Below are positions 47,200 through 58,340 of a stretch of 64,000 bases of DNA, one piece after another. Within the stretch, counting starts at the first letter, position 1; every line of letters begins with the position of its first letter. The notes below the pieces were generated by a model that was not told the origin of the DNA, made no database searches, and worked only from the letters and a program-made list of their open reading frames with translations. The stretch is from positions 32,001-96,000 of IMG/VR virus record IMGVR_UViG_3300043444_000140; one strand, written 5' to 3'. This DNA comes from a virus. Position numbers and translations under genes: made by a program.

Positions 47200-47423
47200 T
47201 GACAGTAACAGTATATACAAAGCCAGCATGTGTACAGTGCGATGCTACAAAGCGAACGCTAGACAAGTTGGGGGTTTCTTACGAGGCTATTGACGTAACC
47301 ACAAACCAGGATGCATTTGACATGCTAGTTGAAAAGGGATTTAAGGCTATGCCTGTAGTCAATGCTGGCGACGAATGGTGGTCAGGCTTTAACCCAGAGA
47401 AGATTAATGGGTTGGTGCTCTAA
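47199..47423 (+). CDS. nrdH: NrdH glutaredoxin-like redoxin
   Basis: YTKPACVQC, PVV, WSGF. Confidence 0.93.
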   Translation: MTVTVYTKPACVQCDATKRTLDKLGVSYEAIDVTTNQDAFDMLVEKGFKAMPVVNAGDEWWSGFNPEKINGLVL

Positions 47424-48436
47424 TGACAACTATGGAAGAAGCCCTAGCATTACTAGATCCAAAGATTAGAAAGAGACTGTCTAGCGGAGTAGGATTTAAA
47501 ACCGAATTCCAGAAGACTCCTAGTTTTGGTCTAAACCGTGCACTTTTCGGTGGACTACCTCTTGGCAGACAGATTCTTATTTGGGGTAGCAAGTCATCTG
47601 CAAAGTCATCTCTATGTCTTCAAATGATTGCTCTTGCTCAAGAAGAGGGTAAACTGTGTGCATGGATTGACGCTGAGATGTCTTACTCAGAAGACTGGGC
47701 AAAGCAACTTGGGGTAGACACAGAGAACCTTATCGTATCTCAGGCTCGTACAATCAATGAAATGGTAGACGTGGGTACAGCCCTAATGAACGCAGGTGTA
47801 GACCTGATTGTTGTTGACTCGATTACATCGCTTCTACCTGCAATCTATTTTGAAAAGGGTACTGATGAACTTAAGGAACTGGAGAACACTAAGCAAATCG
47901 GAGCGGAGTCAAGAGATTTCAGCAATGCTTGGAAGATGCTTAACTACGCTAACAATAAAGTTAAGCCTACTATGCTTGTTCTTATTAGTCAGTCTAGGAA
48001 CAATATTAGTGCTATGTATACTAGTCAGCAGCCAAGTGGTGGGCAGGCTACTAAGTTTTATTCTTCTACTGTTATCAAGTTGTTTTCCTCGGAGTCAGAC
48101 AATCAAGCGATTAAGGGCAAGATTGCTGTCGGTGATAAACTAATTGAAGAGAAGGTTGGTCGCAAAATCCGTTGGGAAGTTCAGTTCTCAAAGACTTCTC
48201 CTGCCTTCCAGTCTGGAGAGTACGACTTCTACTTCAGAGGTCCTCTAATCGGCATTGACAGCGTGGGAGACCTTGTTGACACTGCAGAGATGATGGGTAT
48301 TGTAGAGCGTACAGGAGCCTGGTACATCCTACCAGATGGCTCTAAGATCCAGGGTAGAGAAGCATTCGTTAATCGTGTACGTGAAGACCTAGATCTTCAG
48401 GATGAAATTAAGGCAAAGGTAAATGGCGAAGTATAA
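47423..48436 (+). CDS. recA: RecA/UvsX-like recombinase
   Basis: GGLPLGR, WIDAE, LIVVDS, SGGQATKFYSS, GAWY. Confidence 0.9.
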   Translation: MTTMEEALALLDPKIRKRLSSGVGFKTEFQKTPSFGLNRALFGGLPLGRQILIWGSKSSAKSSLCLQMIALAQEEGKLCAWIDAEMSYSEDWAKQLGVDTENLIVSQARTINEMVDVGTALMNAGVDLIVVDSITSLLPAIYFEKGTDELKELENTKQIGAESRDFSNAWKMLNYANNKVKPTMLVLISQSRNNISAMYTSQQPSGGQATKFYSSTVIKLFSSESDNQAIKGKIAVGDKLIEEKVGRKIRWEVQFSKTSPAFQSGEYDFYFRGPLIGIDSVGDLVDTAEMMGIVERTGAWYILPDGSKIQGREAFVNRVREDLDLQDEIKAKVNGEV

Positions 48437-48608
48437 CATCTATCAGGGTGAGTTTCCATGCCACACCTGTAAGGTAGTCGTAAAGTCATTAAGATGTTAC
48501 GCAGAAACAAAGGAGTTGACCTGGATGTGTCCAGAGAAGCACCTGTCAACAGTCAACCTAAACACCAAGAAGAGCAAGAAAGACTATGAGCGAGAAGAGC
48601 GAGAGTAA
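48423..48608 (+). CDS. small zinc-ribbon protein
   Basis: CHTC..CPEKH. Confidence 0.65.
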   Translation: MAKYNIYQGEFPCHTCKVVVKSLRCYAETKELTWMCPEKHLSTVNLNTKKSKKDYEREERE

Positions 48609-48873
48609 GCGTATTGGTGCCAAGCAGCACAAGAACTCTGGTAGAGGAACCCACAAGGGTGATGCTACTTGGGAGAACTTCACTGTTGACTTCAAAGAGG
48701 TTGGCAAATCCTTTACACTAAATAAAGACGTTTGGGCTAAGGCAACTACTGATGCAATTAGGAACGGTAACGATCCTGCCATCGTAGTTGTCCTTGGCGA
48801 CAGCGGTATTAAAACAAGACTAGCAGTAATCGAATTATCTCTACTTGAACAAATCCTGTCCGATGGTGTATAA
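48586..48873 (+). CDS. PD-(D/E)xK Holliday junction resolvase-like nuclease
   Basis: SE..NSGRG..KGDA..VDFKE. Confidence 0.65.
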   Translation: MSEKSESKRIGAKQHKNSGRGTHKGDATWENFTVDFKEVGKSFTLNKDVWAKATTDAIRNGNDPAIVVVLGDSGIKTRLAVIELSLLEQILSDGV

Positions 48874-48899
48874 TTAATACATAACCTTTAAGGAAAATA

Positions 48900-49205
48900 A
48901 TGGAACAGAATAAAACAACAATTGAAATGGTTAATGGTCTCTCAGAGATTGCTGACTTTATGAATGACGAAGAACTCACCGAGGCTCTTACGTTCATTGC
49001 TAAACTAATTATTAAACCAGACATTCCACTGAATGTCGCTACTGTCGAAATCGTTCGTCTTCAGGCAATTGCTGCTAAGATGGCATTCAAGGCTACTTGG
49101 ATGGTAAACGTTGACAAGGGAAACAGGGAGAAGAAGAATATCTACTTTACAGCACACGAGGCTATCTCAGATCTTGTGTCTGCACTGAAGTATATTGTTC
49201 GATAA
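48900..49205 (+). CDS. hypothetical protein
   Basis: SD AAGGA; TATAAT at 48869. Confidence 0.7.
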   Translation: MEQNKTTIEMVNGLSEIADFMNDEELTEALTFIAKLIIKPDIPLNVATVEIVRLQAIAAKMAFKATWMVNVDKGNREKKNIYFTAHEAISDLVSALKYIVR

Positions 49206-49209
49206 CATC

Positions 49210-50019
49210 ATGGCTAAGAATTTACTACAGCAAGTTATGCTAAAGAAGATGGACCAGGCTCCATCAGGAAAGCCATCCTTTATTGACAAGGATGCTCTAA
49301 TTGAAAAGATTAATTCTGGATACACCGTAAAGCGTGTAGACAAGTTTACCCAAAAGAAATCGTTTGCACCTAGCACCATCGCATTCTCGCATGGAGAGTG
49401 TCCTCGCTACTGGTACCTGGCTTTTGAGGGTGCAGTCTTCTCCGATAACGCAGATGCCTATGGTGCTGCTAATATGACTGCTGGAACCAAGTCTCACGAG
49501 CGTATTCAGGAAGCCATGGGCAATGTCCCAGACTTTCTAATTGACTCAGAGTTTAAGATCACCTACAATGACCCACCAATCTTTGGATTTGGTGACGTTA
49601 TGCTAAAGTGGGAAGAAAAGGAATTGCTTGGCGAGATCAAGACAATGCCTAACGATGCCTTCGAGTATCGAAAAATTGCAGGTAAGCCAAAGACTGGTCA
49701 CTTAGTCCAGTTGCTTATCTATATGAAGATTCTTAATAAGAATCGAGCAGTTCTAATCTATGAGAACAAGAATAATCACGAACTGTTGATTTTTCCTGTA
49801 GAATTAGATAAGTACATGTATGAGTGGGTAGAGAACACATTTGAGTGGATGCGAGAGGTTCGTGGAGCATGGGAGAAGAAAACACTTCCAACCAAGAACT
49901 ATCGTAGCAACTCAAAGATTTGTAAGACATGTCCAATCCGTGAGGCTTGTGACTTGGCTGGTTCTGGAGAGATCAAACTACGATCACTGGAGCCTTTGGA
50001 TGAAAAACAAACATTGTGA
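49210..50019 (+). CDS. Cas4-like PD-(D/E)xK exonuclease
   Basis: ECPR, H, GDV..GEIKT, QLLIY, CKTCPIREAC (1+3 Cys Fe-S staple). Confidence 0.85.
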   Translation: MAKNLLQQVMLKKMDQAPSGKPSFIDKDALIEKINSGYTVKRVDKFTQKKSFAPSTIAFSHGECPRYWYLAFEGAVFSDNADAYGAANMTAGTKSHERIQEAMGNVPDFLIDSEFKITYNDPPIFGFGDVMLKWEEKELLGEIKTMPNDAFEYRKIAGKPKTGHLVQLLIYMKILNKNRAVLIYENKNNHELLIFPVELDKYMYEWVENTFEWMREVRGAWEKKTLPTKNYRSNSKICKTCPIREACDLAGSGEIKLRSLEPLDEKQTL

Positions 50020-50296
50020 GTGGTGCGACCACACATTTAAAACAAATATATCTTATCAGATATACTGTTCACCAGAATGCCGAGATGCTGCTACAAAAGA
50101 AAAGATAGCAGCCAGGTATCAGATTCAAAGAAGGCAACGCCGTAAGGGTAAGGAGAGACTTTGCAAGTCGTGTGAAAAGAGACTGTCAGTATACAATGAC
50201 GACACGATTTGTGAAACCTGCTCCGCTGACCCATCAGAAGTTGCAAAAGTTTTAAGAGACATAAAAGGATTGATGAATGGTAAAGATAGGAAATAA
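50000..50296 (+). CDS. Cys-rich zinc-binding protein
   Basis: CEWC..YCSPEC..CKSC..CETC; GGAG before ATG 50000. Confidence 0.7.
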   Translation: MKNKHCEWCDHTFKTNISYQIYCSPECRDAATKEKIAARYQIQRRQRRKGKERLCKSCEKRLSVYNDDTICETCSADPSEVAKVLRDIKGLMNGKDRK

Positions 50297-50852
50297 TCGT
50301 GAAAAGCCACAAAACATTCTTGCTATTGATGCTAGCACTAATAGCCTTGCTTTCGCTATCTTTTCTGGTGTATCCTTAATAAGATATGGAAAGATTAAGT
50401 TCGAAGGCAACAACGCCTACCAGAAGTTGGGGGATGCTGCAGTCAAGACTCTACCATTCCTCAAGAACTTTGAGATTGATGCAATTGTTATTGAGCACAC
50501 TGTCTTCATTAACAGCCCAAAGACTGCTTCTGATCTTGCCCTAATCCAGGGTGCACTTCTAGGTGCTGCTAAGTTGGCAGGTATCAGAACAGCAGGCTCT
50601 ATCAATCCTATTACATGGCAAAGTTTTATCGGTAATAACAAACTCTCTGCTAAGGAGAAGCAAGACCTGATGAACGAGTTCCCAGGGAAGTCCAAGAACT
50701 GGTATCAGAATAAGTCTCGTGAGATCCGTAAGCAGAGAACTATTAAGTTTGTTAATACATATTACGACAAGAACATCCAGGATGATGACGTTGCAGATGC
50801 TGTCGGTATTGGTCATTATGCAATTAATAACTGGGGAAAGATTGACAAGTAA
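50277..50852 (+). CDS. RuvC-like resolvase
   Basis: ILAIDAS, IVIE, DDVADAVGIG. Confidence 0.82.
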   Translation: MVKIGNNREKPQNILAIDASTNSLAFAIFSGVSLIRYGKIKFEGNNAYQKLGDAAVKTLPFLKNFEIDAIVIEHTVFINSPKTASDLALIQGALLGAAKLAGIRTAGSINPITWQSFIGNNKLSAKEKQDLMNEFPGKSKNWYQNKSREIRKQRTIKFVNTYYDKNIQDDDVADAVGIGHYAINNWGKIDK

Positions 50853-51005
50853 ATGGCTAAACTGTATACTAGTGAGGCGTGGTTGAAGAAACGCTACCAC
50901 CTGGATAAAAAGACTCCAGAAGAAATTGCAAAAGAGTGTGGGGCAAGCGTGGAAACAATCTATGTTTATCTTGCAAAGTTTGGACTAAGGAAATCAAAAC
51001 GATGA
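50853..51005 (+). CDS. small HTH protein (absent from the ORF track)
   Basis: MAKLYTSEAWLKKRYHLDKKTPEEIAKECGASVETIYVYLAKFGLRKSKR. Confidence 0.8.
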   Translation: MAKLYTSEAWLKKRYHLDKKTPEEIAKECGASVETIYVYLAKFGLRKSKR

Positions 51006-51169
51006 TCAGATACATAAAGCACTTTGCGTATGTTGCCAAAGCATATTATAACAGGATTGGCTGTAAGCACAACAAGCAGGGAGTTGCTTCCTGCCCATTT
51101 ACAGGTCTAACCTATACGACCTGCGAAAAATGTCTAAAGAGAATTAAGGTAGAAGAAACCAATGGCTAG
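51002..51169 (+). CDS. small Cys/His protein
   Basis: ATGA overlap; CKH..CPFTG..CEKC. Confidence 0.65.
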   Translation: MIRYIKHFAYVAKAYYNRIGCKHNKQGVASCPFTGLTYTTCEKCLKRIKVEETNG

Positions 51170-51449
51170 AAAAAGAAATGCCCCAGAGGCTGTCAAGACT
51201 AAATTTGTTCGTGAGTACAGGATGGTCGTTGACGGATTTGAGGTTGTCCGTGGGGACATTATTAAAGTATCTGGACAGTACGGAATGAAGTTTAAGTTTG
51301 ACAGTTTTGTCACAAACTCAGAAACTGGTGCTGTGTGGGTAGACTGCTTTGAAGTTTTTAGAAACTCTGCATCTGCCTGGAGATCTTTTAAGCCAGAGAT
51401 GATTAAGCGTATTCCACAACGAGGAAAGAGAGCAAAGCGTGTCGTTTGA
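51162..51449 (+). CDS. hypothetical protein
   Basis: Coupled ORF, beta-rich. Confidence 0.7.
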   Translation: MARKRNAPEAVKTKFVREYRMVVDGFEVVRGDIIKVSGQYGMKFKFDSFVTNSETGAVWVDCFEVFRNSASAWRSFKPEMIKRIPQRGKRAKRVV

Positions 51450-51978
51450 AGACCTAACAGTAGAACACCTTGACGAAGTAAACAAGGTTGTAGAGAAGTA
51501 TCTTGCAGGCACCGAGCCTACCCAGATCTCTAAAGAACTTTCTATGCCACGACAAAAGGTTGTGGCTTATATCAATGAGTGGCGTACCATGGCTGCAGAC
51601 AACGCTGCTATCCGTGCTCGTGCTAAAGAAGCATTGGTCGGAGCAGATACTCACTACACTAAACTAATTAGTAAAGCATACGAGGTGATTGATGAAGCAA
51701 CCACAGTTGCTAACCTAGGTGCAAAGACCGCAGGTATTAAGTTGGTCATGGATCTTGAGAAGACACGTATTGAGATGCTACAAAAGGCAGGACTACTTGA
51801 GAACAAGGAACTTGCCGAAGAGATGATCGCTATTGAGAACCGTCAGGAGATTCTGGTTGCTATCCTAAAGGATATCGCTGCAGAACACCCAGAGGTAAGA
51901 GACAAGATTATGCGTAGATTGTCAGAAGCATCTAAGGATAAAGAAGTAATCACAGTGGTGGTCTCTAACGATGTTTGA
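51439..51978 (+). CDS. terminase small subunit (HTH)
   Basis: N-terminal HTH plus helical region; directly upstream of TerL. Confidence 0.6.
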   Translation: MSFEDLTVEHLDEVNKVVEKYLAGTEPTQISKELSMPRQKVVAYINEWRTMAADNAAIRARAKEALVGADTHYTKLISKAYEVIDEATTVANLGAKTAGIKLVMDLEKTRIEMLQKAGLLENKELAEEMIAIENRQEILVAILKDIAAEHPEVRDKIMRRLSEASKDKEVITVVVSNDV

Positions 51979-53746
51979 TGATTTTTTAGAAGCACTCAAG
52001 TCCGATAATTTTGCAGAGCGTCCTGTAGATGCCAAGACATTTGTTGAGGGCGAGGCGTATCTAAACCAGCCACCACTGTCTCAGGTACAGTATGACATCG
52101 TAGAGGCTATGTCACAAATTTACAAACTTGACGATCTTATCGAACTACTGGGGGAGACTGAGGGTAGAAGGTATTACAACAAGTACACCAAGAACGAGGT
52201 AATTCTCCAACTTGGCAAGGGTTCTGGAAAAGACTTTACGTCTACCGTAGCCTGTGCGTATATTGTGTACAAACTACTCTGCCTAAAGGATCCTGCCCGA
52301 TACTTTGGCAAGCCTTCTGGCGATGCTATTGATATTATTAACGTTGCCATTAACGCTCAGCAGGCTAAGAATGTTTTCTTTAAAGGCTTTAAAACAAAGA
52401 TTGAGAAGTCGCCATGGTTTGCTGGAAAGTTTTATGCAAAGGCAGACAGCATTGAATTCGACCACTCTATCACAGTTTATTCAGGTCACTCAGAGCGAGA
52501 ATCTCACGAGGGTCTTAACCTTATTCTTGCGGTACTAGACGAGATCTCTGGATTCGCATCTGAGGTTGGTACAGGTAACGACCAAGGCAAGACAGCAGAT
52601 AACATCTACAAAGCCTTCCGTGCTTCTGTAGACTCTCGTTTCCCAGACCTAGGAAAGGTAGCACTGCTATCATTCCCTCGTTACCCAGGAGACTTTATCT
52701 CTTCAAGATACGACGCTGTAATTGCAGAAAAAGATGTTATAACAAAGACTCACAGGTTTGTTATGAATCCAGAACTTCCTGCAGACCAAGAGGGTAACTA
52801 TCTAGATATCGAGTGGGACGAAGACACGATCGTTTCCTATAAGTATCCAGGCATGTTTGCCCTTAAGCGTCCTACCTGGGTAGTCAACCCTACTAGACAA
52901 ATTGATGACTTTAAACTTGCGTTCTTCACAGACCTTGGAGATGCGATGCAACGTTTTGCTTGTATTCCAACCTTCTCGTCTGACAGATTCTTTAAGCAGG
53001 AAGACAAGATCCGTTCTGCTATGAGCATCCGCAATCCTCTAGATACACATAGGAGATTTGAGGAATCATTTAAGCCAGACCCAGACAAAATTTATTACGT
53101 CCACGCTGACCTTGCACAGAAGCATGACAAGTGTGCTGTTGCTATTGCTCACGTAGACAAGTGGGTAAATCTGCAGGTACTGAAGGACTACAACCAAGTA
53201 GCACCTATCGTAGTGGTAGATGCTGTAGCATGGTGGGAGCCAAGAGTAGAGGGTCCAGTAAACCTATCGGAGGTTAAGCAGTGGATTCAAAACCTACGCA
53301 GACTAGGCTTTAATATTGGAATGGTCTCATTTGACCGCTGGCAGTCTTTTGACATTCAGAACGAACTAAAGCAGGTTGGAATGAGAACTGAGACTGTTTC
53401 TGTTGCTAAGAAGCACTACGAAGACATGGCAATGTTGGTCTATGAAGACCGCCTGGTTATGCCAGCAATTGATTTGCTATTCGAAGAATTGACAGAACTT
53501 AAGATTGTAAAACAAAATAGAGTTGACCACCCTCGCAAATCCTCCAAGGACTTGGCGGATGCTGTGTGTGGTGCAATATTTGGAGCAATATCACACACTC
53601 CAAAGGACCAAAACCTTGAGGTTGAGGTTCATACTTTCAGAGATCGCCCTAAGCAGGCTCTTGACACAGATCAGAATGGTGTGATACAATATAAGCCTAT
53701 GCCAAAAGAGGTTAAAGAATACCTGGCTAGATTCGATCTAATCTAA
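51971..53746 (+). CDS. terminase large subunit
   Basis: LGKGSGKD Walker A, AVLDE Walker B, HADLA, FDRWQS, DHP..SKDLADA. Confidence 0.92.
   Translation: MFDDFLEALKSDNFAERPVDAKTFVEGEAYLNQPPLSQVQYDIVEAMSQIYKLDDLIELLGETEGRRYYNKYTKNEVILQLGKGSGKDFTSTVACAYIVYKLLCLKDPARYFGKPSGDAIDIINVAINAQQAKNVFFKGFKTKIEKSPWFAGKFYAKADSIEFDHSITVYSGHSERESHEGLNLILAVLDEISGFASEVGTGNDQGKTADNIYKAFRASVDSRFPDLGKVALLSFPRYPGDFISSRYDAVIAEKDVITKTHRFVMNPELPADQEGNYLDIEWDEDTIVSYKYPGMFALKRPTWVVNPTRQIDDFKLAFFTDLGDAMQRFACIPTFSSDRFFKQEDKIRSAMSIRNPLDTHRRFEESFKPDPDKIYYVHADLAQKHDKCAVAIAHVDKWVNLQVLKDYNQVAPIVVVDAVAWWEPRVEGPVNLSEVKQWIQNLRRLGFNIGMVSFDRWQSFDIQNELKQVGMRTETVSVAKKHYEDMAMLVYEDRLVMPAIDLLFEELTELKIVKQNRVDHPRKSSKDLADAVCGAIFGAISHTPKDQNLEVEVHTFRDRPKQALDTDQNGVIQYKPMPKEVKEYLARFDLI
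53661..53690 (+). promoter_or_regulatory. sigma70-type promoter inside the terL 3' end
   Basis: TTGACA-18-TACAAT. Confidence 0.7.
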
Positions 53747-53771
53747 CTATAAATATAAGGAGAAACAAAAC

Positions 53772-54701
53772 ATGACTTCATTTAAGAAGCCACTTATCGC
53801 TATTGCTTCTGCACTAGCACTCGTAGGAACTGTTCTTTCAGTACCTGCAAACGCTGCAACCGCAGCACTCACTGTAAACGCTGTTGCTGTTGCAACTGCT
53901 CCAACGACAGCGGTAAACGCTGTAGCACTTCCTGTTCCATCGGATAACTCGGTGGATTCTGGTGATGCTCTAAAGATTGCTCTAACTGGAGTAACTGTTG
54001 GAAGCACCGTAACTGCTACTGCAACTGACGCACTATTGCTAACCAGCCTAACTGGTGCAACTGCTGCTTCTGGTTCGGCAACTGTTTCTGTAGCGACTGG
54101 TACTGGTACCACTGCAGACATCTTCGTATTCACCAAGACTACTAAGACTGGCACTGTTGTTGTTACCGCAGACAACGTTACCACTACCTACTACGTAAAG
54201 GGTACTGCTGGTGCTCTAAACACCATAAAGGTAGATGCACCTACTGCTGCTCTTGGAACCACCGCTAAGGTAACTGTTACTGGCACTGACGTATTCGGCA
54301 ATGCTGTTAATGGTTCAACCGTATCGCTCCAGGTAGTAAGCAAGACTGCAACGACCACCTACTCGCTAACCACTGCAAATGATGGTACTGCCGTTAAGGA
54401 ACTTGCTGGTCTATCGGTAGACACCTATGACCTTATCGCAACTGCTACCGTAGCATCTGCTGTAACTGGTCTAACCGCTCCTACTGGCTTTGTCCGTGGC
54501 ACCCTAAAGGTTGTAGACCTTGCTGCTCTAGTGGCAGAGAAGGATGCAGAACTCGCTATCGCTAAGGCAACCATTGCAGATCTAACTGCTAAGTTGGCTA
54601 TTGCAGAGGCTGCTGCTGCTGGTAACAAGGCAAAGCACAACGCACTTGCTGCTAAGTGGAACAAGAAGTTCCCCAAGAACAAGGTTGCACTACTCAAGTA
54701 A
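53772..54701 (+). CDS. secreted Ala/Thr/Val-rich Ig-like surface protein
   Basis: Signal peptide ending PANA; TDVFGNAV (Big-1-like); C-terminal coiled coil and basic tail. Confidence 0.75.
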   Translation: MTSFKKPLIAIASALALVGTVLSVPANAATAALTVNAVAVATAPTTAVNAVALPVPSDNSVDSGDALKIALTGVTVGSTVTATATDALLLTSLTGATAASGSATVSVATGTGTTADIFVFTKTTKTGTVVVTADNVTTTYYVKGTAGALNTIKVDAPTAALGTTAKVTVTGTDVFGNAVNGSTVSLQVVSKTATTTYSLTTANDGTAVKELAGLSVDTYDLIATATVASAVTGLTAPTGFVRGTLKVVDLAALVAEKDAELAIAKATIADLTAKLAIAEAAAAGNKAKHNALAAKWNKKFPKNKVALLK

Positions 54702-54718
54702 TTGAGGTATAATTGATT

Positions 54719-54747
54719 AGGGAGAGGGTTTCGGCTCTCTCCCTTTT
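54719..54747 (+). terminator. intrinsic terminator-like hairpin
   Basis: AGGGAGAGGGT-TTCG-GCTCTCTCCCT followed by TTT. Confidence 0.75.
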
Positions 54748-54783
54748 CTATCCCCAGCGTATTTAAAAAAGGAGTTAAAATAG

Positions 54784-55186
54784 ATGTCCATAGATATCGT
54801 ATACTTCTCAAATTATTCGGGGAACACCAAAAGATTTGTGGAGAAACTAAATGCTAGACACAACAATGTTACTCGTATCCCTATTGATTGGGATAACGAC
54901 AACCCTATTACTGTCACTAACGGTTATGTACTTTTTGTACCGACTTATGGTGGGGGTAGTGAGAGATCTGCAATACCCAGACAGGTTCGACACTTTTTAA
55001 ACATTTCTAGCAATAGGGATATGCTCCAGGGCATCGTAGCCTTTGGCAATACTAATTTTGGAGAGCATTACTGCAAGGCTGCAGAGATGATCTCAGGGAA
55101 GACTGGTGTCCCAATAATAGCCAGAGTAGAGATATTTGGAACGTCAGAAGACGTACAAAGAGTACAGGAGAGGTTGGAACAACTAT

Positions 55187-55194
<8 letters not shown>
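54784..55194 (+). CDS. nrdI: NrdI flavodoxin
   Basis: [29 protein letters not shown]. Confidence 0.95.
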
Positions 55195-58245
<3,051 letters not shown>

Positions 58246-58256
58246 ATAAAAACATT

Positions 58257-58279
58257 AAGGGGGCGAAAGCCCCCTTTTT
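58257..58279 (+). terminator. intrinsic terminator
   Basis: AAGGGGGC-GAAA-GCCCCCTT followed by TTT; TGCTATAAT follows at 58294. Confidence 0.85.
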
Positions 58280-58340
58280 GTCTATCTAAATGATGCTATA
58301 ATTAAATTGTTAGTCTTAAGATTAACAAGGAGACCCCAAA

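Noticed and set aside
49210-50019. Cas4-like gene as a sign of a CRISPR system
   Set aside because: No repeat-spacer array or other cas genes; solo Cas4-like nucleases are common in phage recombination modules
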